64,000 bases of DNA from Dimorphilus gyrociliatus (Eukaryota > Animalia > Annelida). The translations under genes were made by a program, and so were the position numbers. Numbering within the stretch: position 1 is the first letter of the stretch; each line of letters starts with the position of its first letter. Of this stretch, positions 1 to 12,761 are shown in pieces. The stretch covers positions 434,001 to 498,000 of the forward strand of contig CAJFCJ010000012.1 in the NCBI GenBank assembly GCA_904063045.1, read 5' to 3'. The notes below the pieces were generated by a model. It was not told the origin of the DNA. It searched no databases and saw only the letters and a program-made list of their open reading frames with translations.

Positions 1-782
1 ATTAAGTCCTTTTTATATACTTTAGATTTTATACGAATTTCAAATAATTGAAATATTAGGCTTTCTTTTACCTAAATAAACTAAACATAAATTTAATTTC
101 ATGAGGACGATGAGGAACTTTTTTAACTGTTCTTACGCTATTTCTGATGTACTTAACTTGAATGAAAATAGCAGAATTATGTTTTAATATACAGTAGTTA
201 AAAACCTGTATTTTTAACATTTATAAGGAAAACTAATATTATATCTTTTGATACAATATTGAAAAGAGACTTCAATCTTTTTAATAAAGGCCAATGAGTA
301 TCAGATACAGTCAATACTGATTATTTTATAATTTAAAGCATTGGTAGGAAAGTTTTTAAATAAGTATGATTTAAGAAAAATACTGATCTTAACAATTTTT
401 CTTTTGTGGAGTTTCCAATATTTAGCGTCTATATTCTGGAAGATAAATGTAAGTAGATCTATGTATGAACGGGTATAGTATGAAGTAGTCAAGGAAACTA
501 TGAATCAGAGAAACTTGTGTGTTTTTTTATGGTTCTATTCTAAACCACAAAATTACCCAATTTTAGAAATCTAATTGAACTATATCAATTATCAATTTTC
601 TTTTACATTTTAATATAATTTATTTAAAAAATATAAACTGTAGAAAAATAATATCAATTGTTTCAATAGAAAATGAATAGAAATACTAAATAAAATACAG
701 ATGGCACTAGACACTTCGCTTGATAATAAGAACCAAAGTATATCTGCATAGCAGAACATGTAGAAAAAAACATGCCAGGTAT

Positions 783-1348
783 TTAAAAATATTTGGCTTG
801 TTCGATGACATCCAGAATTTGATTCATCAAGATAAAAACTTTCGGATAAAGTCTACTAGGTCTCAAATTAACGACTTTGACAATTTTACTCATATAACTT
901 ATGTCTTCTCCTCTAATACGGCAGTACAGATGTTCAGCTTGGGCATAAACTTCTTTCATAAAGTCTATGCTATCGCTTGACAAAAATTTTCTTAGAGACG
1001 ACGTATCCTTAAATAATACTCTGTAACACTCATCTAGCAAATTAGTTGTTTTCCCGAAATTAAAGCTCTTTGTCTTCGCAGACTTGTAATGAGAGACGAT
1101 TAAAGTTATAAAAACTGACGGCTCCCAGAAATCATCCTTTATATCAAAATATTGAAGACAATATTAATAATTTATTTCTTTCACTTTACGAAAATACTTA
1201 CTTTATTAATCTTTACTCGACTGCCAATTATGATATCAGCTGACTCTCGTTTGTATTCTCTATTATTTTTACTTGAAACTTTACACTTTAAAGCATCTAA
1301 TACACCAAAAAAGCCTGTAACCATTAATAGAATATAAGAGAACTTCAT
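783..1348 (-). CDS. Orphan secreted protein, 166 aa, 2 exons (1348-1202, 1136-783)
   Basis: ATG at 1348 opens a signal peptide (MKFSYILLMVTGFFGVLDA). A 65-nt phase-0 GT-AG intron joins in frame to track ORF 783..1040. No family recognised. Confidence 0.7.
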
Positions 1349-1764
1349 ATTTCAAACTTTCTTCGGGAACTTCAATGCTTTACGTTTAAGAGTTGTCGAT
1401 TTGCCTATTTATAAGATTTTTCTATTCAGTTGAAACAGCAAAAAGTTTACTGTTAGTTTCTAAGAGAAGAGAAAATTTAAATATAAATTGAACATAACCA
1501 ATAACCACAAAAAATGAAAAATTTTCTTTACACATATATAAATATATGTTTATATTTATAAAATGACTAGTTGATATAATTCATTTCCATTGAAAAGCAT
1601 TGATACAAATAAACAACCATAGTAAACTTTTGAACAAATGAATATCATAGAAGACTAACTCTTTTATTAAACAATAAAAAATAATAGTTTTAACGAGTTT
1701 AAAAACAAAATTAATATAAACAAAAAATGTGAGATAATTTTCCTCTCAATGAAAAAGTTTTGTT

Positions 1765-2865
1765 TTAACATTTTAAATCTTTTGTCAGTACTTTATCAAC
1801 TCTATTAGCAACTTGTTTGAATACAATTTTTAAGCCTAAACAAGTGTTGGGTCTCTTTCGAATTATTGCTGGTTTCTTCTTGTAGTTTATACTATTTATA
1901 AATTTGTTTAGTTGATATTCCACAAGCTTAATTCCCTTGCGTGTTTTGAAAATTTTGTTTCCATATTTTTTTAAATTGATGATGCTTTGGACGTTTTGAA
2001 ATATATCTACAGATATTTCATATTGTCTTACCTGTTGAATGAATGAAACTTAAAATATACAGTTAATTTTTTTAAACTTTATTCAATTGACTTACTATAT
2101 CAAGGTCGGATGTTAATCTTTTCAGTTTAGTAGAAAGTACTCCCTCAAAAGAATTGTCTTGGGAGTAATCTAACTCCAAGGGCGAATACTCAAGGTTTTT
2201 GCGGAGACTTCGACAAAGTGATATGAATATGTTGTTTTGTTGAATTTTTAGAAAAAAGATATAAGAAAATATTCTTTTGAAATCTTTATCCACATTAGCC
2301 TCTCTAATATCTTGATTTGCAAACTTTTTTTTCAAACGATAACATCTGTTAATTACTCTTCTTTTTCTAATTTCTTTATTACAAACACATTTCATTAACT
2401 TTGGATATTCCTGACGAACTATTAAAAGACTATTAATTTTTTCTATTAGTGAGGTAGAATTCTGAGAACATTGGAGAAATTTATACTTTAATAAGGTACG
2501 TATTATATATCTTTGCGTCTGAAAAAAAAATATTTCTCTTACAAGGACTGTTAATTGTTAATTTATTAAACATAGTTAATTACTTGCACTACTTACGATT
2601 TTTCTGTAATCGCTTTTTGATTCATTGTTAATCCTAACACGCTTTATATTATCGTAAAAGAATCCAATGGAATAAAATTCCCGATTTTGCGAACAAATAT
2701 TTCTTTTTTCTAGTTTTTTTTAAAAAAAAGGAACATAATAACTTGCAAGCATTTCCACTTTGCCTACATTTATTTAAGATAAAGTTATTTACCTCGTGGG
2801 CGAGAAAAACAAAATTCACAGTTTGAAATGATGATGATACTATAGATGATCCCTAAGTTGTTCAT
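1765..2865 (-). CDS. Orphan basic secreted protein, ~297 aa, 4 exons (2865-2793, 2709-2597, 2518-2078, 2031-1765)
   Basis: Hydrophobic N-terminus MNNLGIIYSIIIISNCEFCFS. Three GT-AG introns (phases 1, 0, 0) give one continuous frame that includes track ORF 2072..2395. Confidence 0.6.
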
Positions 2866-4242
2866 TTTTTAAAATTGTTATTGATATGGCTAGATATATA
2901 TATATATACAGTTTTGTAATACTTCTTCTAATTAAAAATTGTAGAACTTTTGTTTTGTTTCTATTAATGTTATCTCGAGTTTCTACTAATTTAGATAAGG
3001 ATATGTCCAGTATTTATAAAGACTCTATTTTATCATATGGAGAGCATATACTGTATACAATAGTAATGTATATATTATATATGTGTGTAAGTATACATAC
3101 GTATAAAAGACAATAATTAATAAGCTTTAATTACTTATTTAAGTCGTAAAAATTAAACCTCTCTACTTTAGAGATTTATCATGTCATTGATGGGAAAAAA
3201 GTCATGTACGCTAACAAAAACGAAACTCACACATTCATTTTCAATAACTAGGCTGAATGGACGAAAAAAAAATTTGGAAAACACTGGACTCTAAATAGGT
3301 GCTATTAAATACAGCAATATTTTGCAATTGAAGATTCTCTTACATTCTTTTTATACAGTATATACTATCTCACTAGTATTTTCTTTAAGCCTTAATTCTG
3401 ATCAAGGTGGAAGAAATATGAAATACACACTCTTTAAGGATCTTTTTGTGTTACTTTTTAATATCGTAACGCTCACTGTGGTCAAAATTATTTCGTATAT
3501 TTAATTTATAATCCCTACACCAAAAATTTAGCCAGAATAAGCAAAAATTACAAGATGAATCATAGTTGATGACATTAGCCTTTTAATATGTATTTTATGA
3601 TTTTAAACCGAAAGAAATGTGGCATTTACTGATTTAAGTTCATTGTTTACATAATTTTAATTCTAATGATAATTACGCTACTGAATAGAAAAACTGTTTC
3701 ATGTTAAGTTTAACATTGTAAATACTTCTAAACTTTATCATTTTTATTACAATTGTTTCGTTTCCTCCCTTGAATTTTCTCATTCAAACGAAAGGATAGT
3801 TTAGCTTTAAGTTTAAATGCTTGAAATGCATTTTACGCCTATAATATACAGTAGTTCTTTATCTTTAATTGTATTTACTATATATTCCACATTGTATTTA
3901 GATATCTGATAAAAATATTCCTAATAATAGTTTTTGGTATTTTGACTGTGATGTTCTGTTATGTGAAAATAGCTTTAGAAATCATATATGGTATAAATTG
4001 CCTAAGTGATAAATTAACGATGTATTTTCAAATAAACTATATCTTTAATTCAAATATTATACAAGTTTGCGTACTATAAGTAGAAATATTTACAAGATAA
4101 TTTATCTTTGAGTTGTCATTAATCAATTCGAGAAAGAAAATAAAATTTATAGCTTATTTAAATATTTGCAGGTGATATGAATTTTGTATTCTGAAATTAA
4201 ACATTTAAACTTCTTTCTTATTCATAAAAGATATTAAATAAG

Positions 4243-5437
4243 TTATATTCTTTGAAAAATATATGCACTTATTAAAAGAGCAACAGCGTTTGTTGGTTTA
4301 ACCAAAGTTGCTGGAATAGAGAAAATATTATTAACATTAACCCGAATGTGTAAATAAATAAATAAATATATATATATATAGCTTTACCACTATTTTCAAA
4401 AGGTTGGTTTTCTTCGCAGTCTTCTCCCATATAAGAGTTTTTCACTTCGAAACATCCATTGTAGTATTCATACTATTTTTGTAAACCAATTTAGAATTAT
4501 TTCATTGATTAACAACATCAAAAATAATGGATACTTACAGTGTTTTTGTTACATCTTTTAATAAAGGCTGCGAGCTTGGTCGGTTTCTCTAAAGTCACAT
4601 AAACTGTTCCAGAGCAAGAAATGTTGAGATTTTTATTATAAGATTCATAGGGTCCCTCTGTACTTCTGTACCAATCATATCTTTTAGTATTATATCCGTA
4701 ATATCCAGTGTATTCATTTTTGTAACCATTCCACTTACTAGTTGAATTCCAACTTCTTTTCAACCTGAAAGCATTCGAAAATATACTCATCAGCTATCGT
4801 ACATTACTAAACACTGAAAATTGCATATCTTTTCAGATCACCCCCCATTAAGATCCAATTGTATAACAGTATATCTTATATAATAGAATCGTACCTTAAT
4901 GCTCTCTTTTTTCTGCTCATATAGCGATGTGTTTGACAGTACATGGAGTTTAATTCAAAAGTTTTCAATGGAGTAGAGTATGTTGCACACTACAAATTAA
5001 AATTAGTAAATATAAGAAACTAATCAAAGGCGTTCAACACCAACAATATCATAATTATAAATGTCTTCGTTCCTGTAAATTTCTAATATGGGTTTTTGCA
5101 TATTCCATTCGTTTTCCTATAAAACAGAACGTTATATACAAATTTCAAAATTGCATAATTATTAATATCCTTACACTCATTGAGAAGTTCATATGCCATT
5201 GCATTTCGATACTAGTGGGTTGAAAGCACAGATCTCCTAACATTTTGGATCTGACATACTGTCAACGCAAATAAAAAATTATCACTGTTATCGTTTTAAC
5301 AACCAATAACAAACCGGACTTAGATCGGCGTAGACCTTTTTTGTACTTTGTTCACCTCCGCCGTAATACTGGTCATGCTTCATCCCTTGCACAGAGACGA
5401 GTTGTAAGAAGGCTACCAAGACGATGGCAGTAATCAT
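4243..5437 (-). CDS. Orphan secreted, probably GPI-anchored protein, ~250 aa, 7 exons
   Basis: Signal peptide MITAIVLVAFLQLVSVQG. Six GT-AG introns join in frame. Internal RKKR and KR sites; hydrophobic end NSATLVKPTNAVALLISAYIFQRI*. Confidence 0.7.
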
Positions 5438-6021
5438 AGTTGTAAAATAACCTCAAATGAACTGATATTATAAATTTCGAATAGGTAATTTTTATAACAA
5501 GGTAATTAATAGTTATTGTTATGCAATACTCAATTAAACAATTTGTTTATGTAACATTATATAAAAGAAAAAATGTCTTAAAGATATGTTAGTGTAGCTA
5601 AATGTTATTATTTTACATAAGAAATAAAATAAATTGAATCAATACGATTTAATATACTTGTATATACATTAATTATATTAATAATACAATGTATTTATTA
5701 GAATGTAGTGTATAAATTTATTTATTTATACTAAATTGAAAAGAAACAATATAACTAAATAAATATTCATTTAGTATTTTATTATTAATATAATACAATA
5801 CAAAAGTATGTTAACAGTGATACAAAAAACATAATTAGCAAAGTAAAAGTCTTTTATTAATTTCAATTACCTTTTTGGAATATCAGATTTTTTGGTTTGA
5901 TTTTGCAACATCAACTTCAATTGTTATACCTAAATGATTATATGACAGTATATATTATATACTGTGATGTAGAATAGTTACGAGTGTGTGTACGTGCTTA
6001 ACCGATCCGGACAAATTAAAA

Positions 6022-8224
6022 CTATTTGTATAAGAATATGTACATGGAAATTGTCAACAGTAAGCTAAGAAATACAGATGGTTTAATTCTATACGCATTT
6101 CCTATGTCACTTTCCACTATGAGACAGCATGCTAATCTCTTTCCTGCGGCACCTGTTGGCTGAGACGTTAGATCGTCCTTGTCCTGATGCAGCTATGTAA
6201 AATAGATAATTTTTTTTGAGAAAAGGGTATCTAATATATTATAACTTCATTTACCACAATTGATTTTCCCATTATGTTATTTTCTCCAGTGAGCTTAGCT
6301 ATTTGATCAGAGATAGTTTGATGTATTGTACCATCAGTTTCGACAATAACATTGCCCAAATCTCCAACATGTCTATTTGTGTCGTTAGGACTACCATGAT
6401 TTTTATTAAAGGGATTGAAATGACCACCAGCAGCAGAACATTCTTCTGACAGTTTACCATATTGATGAACATGAAAACCTTTCAAAGAGCTTCCATTGGT
6501 AGTATTCACTCCCTTAATATCTATCATAAACTTTGTAGTTCCACTTTCGCTCTGCAAAATTCATATTAAAGCTATTTTATATTCTCTTTGTATACTGTAT
6601 ATTAAATGTATAAATATCAAATGATTAAAGTTAAAGTAAATTAAGATTTACAATCTCTTTAACGTAAATTTGGCATAAAATTAGATAAAATTACAGTATT
6701 CTCAGACATAAGCGTTGGTTATAGCAATCAGAGTAATATTGAAGAAGTGATGCAAAAATACTAATGTATGAAATGAGTGGTCAATAAGATATCATTATAT
6801 ATTTGCTTGGAAGTTTGCGATGAACTAGAATATGGAAAAGATCAAAACGATCCAATGAATGTCTTCTTTTAAGTATACAATCCCCGTTTTTCAGTTTTGT
6901 ATGTCATAAAAGTACAAATGCCTCTCATTCTGGAAGTTCTCTTTCCCGTTTTTGTCGTTTGCATATGACGTGCTTTTAAATGTATATTTCTAAAATAACG
7001 TAAAAGTTTCTTTTCCTTTTAATAATGAACTATTTTTCCTTCCAAATTTCGTTAAATTGTATACATTTGTCTAAAATATTAGAACATATTAAAAAAAAAT
7101 CGATATGTAGTATTGATTTGCCTTAGCAACAGCTATTACAAAACTTTTTCAAAAGAACCGATTTGCTTTAGAGGCTGAATGGGAAGGAGGCAAATGAGCT
7201 TTAATTTTCTCGCAAGCGATACTATTTATACTACATAGTTCGGATGGAGTTTTATAGAAATGATAAAATTAGCAAATATTCAAGAAATTTTCAATCAATA
7301 AGTAATTTTCAATTATTTCCCTTTAATTGCTTTATAATTACTAATTAGAGAAAAAAATCACACATTTTCTTCAATTGTAATCTTTCCAGTTATTCCTTTT
7401 CCTTCTGTAACTCCTACTTGGAGGACGCATGTGGCCTTTTTAGCAGCTGTAGAGTAGTAAATTAATGTATGTTATAAGGTACGTTTGAAATACATATAAG
7501 AATAAATATTGTAATTTTTACAATGAAACTGTTTAACCTGATTGAAATTAACAGATTATTTTTTCTAAAAGACTCTATACTACCCTTTTTCAACACGTTT
7601 TTAAAAGAGTAATAGAAATTATATTAAATATGCTAATTAAAATAATAAGTAAACTTTGAATAGAGTTTTAAAATGCATAATTATTCAAGTATTTAATGCA
7701 CCTTATAGTGACGTAACCCAAGACTAGAATTAATTATTTATGACATTAAAGTATATGTTTAAAGTATGTAACAAGATCAAAAATTTGCATATCCTGTATC
7801 GTCATACTATTTGATATTTTTCTACATATTGTACAATAGAACATCTATATGTTTTTATAACAAGCACATTAAGCCAAAAAGATATAACCTAAAACTTTAC
7901 AATACCAATGATTTCCTATATAAAAAATAATTTTATCTTGAAAACATATCTTCAAATTAGATCAATTACTGACAAACGTAGATTAGAGCAATGTTTATAT
8001 AGATTGAATTATAACATAAAAACAAATATTGGTTTACTGGACAAAATAACCTTTTCTTGTAATATTTATTTGTATAATTTCTAAAGCTTATAAATACTAC
8101 AATGCTTATGGTGTATATATATTATAAGCTTAATAGTACTAGAAGTATATAGCAAAAAGAAAATCTTACCGACGCCGCCCATGGCGATAATTGCCACTGC
8201 TAGAATTATTAATTTTGTAGACAT
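6022..8224 (-). CDS. sod3: Extracellular Cu/Zn superoxide dismutase with a hydrophobic, GPI-like C-terminus; 4 exons (8224-8170, 7446-7364, 6551-6255, 6192-6022)
   Basis: Signal peptide MSTKLIILAVAIIAMGG. Motifs GFHVH, GGHFNP, NHG, RHVGDLGN, VLH and GKRLACC keep the Cu/Zn ligands, the catalytic Arg and the disulfide Cys. Confidence 0.93.
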
Positions 8225-8280
8225 TTTCCTATTACGACAATGAAATATTAATTAAATTATGTAATGTAATTTTATAAACA

Positions 8281-8297
8281 CACATATATATATATAA

Positions 8298-8330
<33 letters not shown>
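8281..8330. repeat. (TA)n microsatellite upstream of the SOD gene
   Basis: Direct TA run; a similar run lies at ~12380-12408. Confidence 0.9.
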
Positions 8331-8332
<2 letters not shown>

Positions 8333-10056
8333 TTGACTGAAGTCTAGCAAGTCTAGAGAATGAGCCAACTATGAATCCATTACTTTACAATATGTATCTT
8401 TAAATATTTTTTAAATGAGTGGTGTAATAATTGCAAGAGAATCTAGGCCAGTAGATGTATTACAGTATATATTTTTATTTATACGAGTTTTGCATAAAAG
8501 GTTGAGTATTAAATGAACAAAATGTACTAATTTAGGATTTCCTTTAGATATGTATTATAAAATCATATGAAATAATAATTCCCGCAAAATATTAATTCAA
8601 TTAATATACTATTGATTTATTTTAATTTAGCTGTAATTTATCTATTATTTCAATACAATATAGAGCTAGTCAATTTGCAGAAATATAGAGGATAAATTAG
8701 CTTTGATTTCATAAAAGTATTTCCCCCTCCCCTATCTCTGTCTCCTTAATATAAAATAAGATTGATTTCTTCTTTGGATATCGTCTTTCGTACAATTTCC
8801 GAAAATTAGTGGTTAAACAATAGAATTTAAGCAGTTATGAGTACTAGAAAACTCCCACTTACAACTAAAGGTTTTAACAACTCGTAGAAACACTAACTCT
8901 AAAATTTTTTAGAGAAAGGAATTTTTTTCTCTACTTTCACGTCTATGAATGCTACTTATCAGTAGTTCGTTTTCTTCTCATTTATGCATCTATTTTTATC
9001 TTGACGACGTAAACCATTATGGTTAATGGTGATTGAGTAAAATATCTAGATAAATTGAACTTAAAGTTGTAAAGTTTCAAGGCTAAGTTAAATCTAATGT
9101 CAAGGCCTGCATTTAAGTGTTCAAATTGCGTAGTATATTTTAATATTATACAAGTTGTAAAGAAAAAGATTCATTAGAAAGCGATATCCTTATTATCATA
9201 TATGCAGTATAATAAATTAAGATTTCTTGTTTAAAGTTTGAAAATATTACAAAATTTATTAATAGATTCATACCTTTGGTCAAAGGTTGGGTATATGTAG
9301 ATAAGTTGCAGCTATGGAATACAATAGATCAACAGTAGAGCTGAGAAGAGCGCCACCATACTACTCCTGAAGAAATAATTACACAAATCAATAGATGAAT
9401 TAAGAGCATTAAATAATAACTCATTGTAGGCTTAATTAATATTCTTATTTTATATTGGTTGCAATTAGATAGAACGATTGTCTCTCTCGTATAGGAAACA
9501 AATTAAGCGCAAATTTGGCTATTTGGCCTCAGTTATCTGGTGTAACAGGAACAATGTCAATAACAAATGTGATAAAGTTCCTATAAGCCTCTTTTGTTTA
9601 ATACTGAAATCAATACATAAAAAATGGCAATTTAATTGGGGAAAAAATTACGAGCGAAATTATTGAAGAAGAAATGCGCAATAAATCTCTCATTTAAATA
9701 AACATTCTATCTTTATAGCAATAAGCGATTTTTCATTGAATATACATTCAAAAATTGAAAAAATGATTGATTAATCGAAAAGTAAAGCAAAGTGAAATGA
9801 AAATTTTTATTAAATAAACTTGAAATGAATAAAATATTCTATAAAGTTCGCATTTTTTTGTTTTATTTAGAGAAGGAAGAATATTAGTTATGGAGAGTAG
9901 AGTCTATACACGATAATAAAGATTTTGTTCTGTTCATAATATACTCAAAATCAAGATATAATAATAACAATATCACCCTAATCAATAGACATAATCCTTC
10001 GTTGTCAAGTTTAGCTTTGTTAGTTTTTTTCCCTGTTATTTGTAATATTCTGTCAA

Positions 10057-11121
10057 ATGGCTACATTACAGAAACCAAAAATTAACAAGTACGAATATGT
10101 GGAGTCAAGGATTAACTCTTTGGAAAAAGTATCTCATGTAGCTGGTGGTGGGAATATTCAAATTAAAAACGAAAAACTTATCTGGCAAAAGGAATCTAAA
10201 GTGAAATCCCTGGAAAATTTAAGTTATAAACCACCTGAAAGTCAGTTGAAAATTACAGATGATAAACCGAAATGGCAAGCTTTATCGAAAGTTAAATCGT
10301 TGGAAAATGTTAGTTACAAACCCTCTCAACCAAATTTCTCTATAAGGCATTATCAAACAAACTGGAATACTGATTCGAAAATTCATTCTCTCGAAAGAAA
10401 AAATTATAAGCCTGCAACTCCTAAGATAAAAATCGAAAATCAAAGTCTTAATTGGAATACTAATGCTAAAATAAATTCTTTAGAGAATATATCTTACAAA
10501 CCTCCTGAACCGTCTACTTCAATCAAACAAGAAAAATTGAACTGGAAATCAGAATCAAAACTTCAATCGTTGGCAAATAAGGATTATAGACCAACTACTC
10601 CCAAAGTGAAAATTCATAATACTAATCTCCAATGGACTAAGGTATCTAAAATAAACTCGCTGGAAAAAATAAACTATAAGCCTATGGAACCAACGATAAA
10701 TATAAGAAATGAACCGTTAAATTGGAATGCCGAACCAAAAGTTGGTTCGTTAGTCAATAAAGATTACCAACCACCTACCTCTAAAGTCAAAGTATTGTCG
10801 GATAAATTAAATTGGAAGGTCAGCTCCAAAATTAATTCTTTAGAGAATATTTCATATTCTCCAAGAGAGCCAGAAGTTAAAGTTAAAAATGAAAAGTTAA
10901 TGTGGAAAGTCGAGTCTAAAATTAATTCACTAGAAAACAAAGAATATACACCAAGACCATCAAATAAGAAAATAGGTCATGAAAAATTACAATGGAATGT
11001 GGATGCCAAGATTGGTTCTTTAGAAAATAAAGATTATCGATCAAAAAGCCCTACAGTTCAAATAAAAAATGAAAAATTAAATTGGAAAAGTCAAGCAAAA
11101 ATAATTAATAAAGATCATTAA
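10057..11121 (+). CDS. Intronless tau/MAP2-like microtubule-binding repeat protein, 354 aa, 11 repeats
   Basis: Repeat 1 (ESRINSLEKVSHVAGGGNIQIKNEKL) matches the tau-type SKIGSLDN..HVPGGG..I...KL repeat. Ten more 30-aa repeats follow. Confidence 0.8.
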   Translation: MATLQKPKINKYEYVESRINSLEKVSHVAGGGNIQIKNEKLIWQKESKVKSLENLSYKPPESQLKITDDKPKWQALSKVKSLENVSYKPSQPNFSIRHYQTNWNTDSKIHSLERKNYKPATPKIKIENQSLNWNTNAKINSLENISYKPPEPSTSIKQEKLNWKSESKLQSLANKDYRPTTPKVKIHNTNLQWTKVSKINSLEKINYKPMEPTINIRNEPLNWNAEPKVGSLVNKDYQPPTSKVKVLSDKLNWKVSSKINSLENISYSPREPEVKVKNEKLMWKVESKINSLENKEYTPRPSNKKIGHEKLQWNVDAKIGSLENKDYRSKSPTVQIKNEKLNWKSQAKIINKDH

Positions 11122-12375
11122 CATAGCAATACATGTAAATCATGAAAAAATGCACCAAGCTTGGTATGAATCTGTAATTTCATCCTATTTCAAAAAATGT
11201 CATTTCGTATGATGAGCAAAAGATAAATTTAACTTCATGCACAATGAAAGACTATCTAGTAGATATCAGCTACATATATTATTTCTATCAAGTATATTAT
11301 ACCTATCATAATTAATTTTTGGGCAGAAAAAAAAACACATAGAAAATAAAGAATACTGCAAATTTCGATTGGTAAACCGAATTATAGAAAAAGGAGTAAT
11401 TAAATTTTACAAATGCTAAGAGAAATACATCCTTTCAATAGCATAAAAAATACTCTGTATTGAAAATCCAGTTTACACTGATGTATTTTGCTCTAATTGG
11501 ATTTTTTTTTCTTTGTTAATTCTTGACAATTTTTTCAATCAAGCTGGTATTCCATCTCTGTTTAAAGCAAAAAGTGTATAACACATAATTTCACATTACT
11601 AAGACTGTTTAGATTGTTAGCTTGCTTCCTACATGACACGTAAAAGTAGTCTTGACCATCAGTTTTGCTGATGTAAGTGAATTTTTCCTATCACTACTCT
11701 AAAGGCTTATTTTATAATGGTGTTTTATCTAAAGTTTTATCTTTTTTGTGCATTAACTCCTATTTTCTTTACCTTCTCTCTGCCTGTCTGTCTGTCTTCT
11801 TTTAATTCACAATCCAATTATCAAAATAAATAGTCAACTAATAAAAGAACTTGGTTTTTCTTTAAGCTAAATTTCCTTTAAAAACTAAACACATACAGCT
11901 CTCTATAATAGCTATAGACAACTTTCGCAGATAACGGTACTCGTAACTCCATCTATGGGCGCCTTCTTAACACTAAGGAAAACAGTTGCTTTCCCTCAAA
12001 AGTAAATGATATTTACGGAAATTCTTGGCTTCTTTCTAATGGCAGTAGTATTTTCTATGCTCACTTTATTTTGTTTCTTTGCTCTAAGGAAACTTTGGAG
12101 GTATATTCTATTAGCATATCTATATATAAACGGGTTTTATAAAACTGTAATACAATAAACTAAAATTCTAGCAAGAAAATGTTTCTTTTCTATTTTTAAA
12201 ATATTTTTAATTTTTAGAGAAAGACGCACCGTGTATGAAAATTCGATGGGAGAGAGAGATATGACTCTTGAATTTCAATTTTCATAAAATTTCAATTTAG
12301 TATTTAAATCAAAAATTATACGCGATAAGAATATTACACTGTATAATATTTGTAAGAATATATAAATCTAATATA

Positions 12376-12415
<40 letters not shown>

Positions 12416-12761
12416 TATTGTATTGTTAAAATTATTAGTGCATTTACATATTATCAGTGTTATTTTCTTTCTTTCTTGTTTCTTCTCTATATTGAGTTTG
12501 ATGTTTTGAATTTAAAAGGTATTTATTTGGATAAAACATATCACAAAGAATAAAAGTACTGATAAAATCTTTATATATAATTATACAGTGAAACAATCGA
12601 TAATACAAATAAATACGGTAAATTGTTGAAATCATTCAAACAAATGAAATTTCATATTAAATTTGTAAATTTAATACATATTGCTTCGAAGTTTAGTGTG
12701 GTTAGGTAGACCTGCACTATTGTATGGGTAATACTATTTGAGAGTATTTTTTTAAAAGGAA

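Noticed and set aside
214-492. Minus ORF 301..492 whose frame stays open for 28 codons after its TGA (possible Sec or readthrough)
   Set aside because: No start or signal exon, no SECIS seen and no redox motif; short AT-rich open frames arise by chance.
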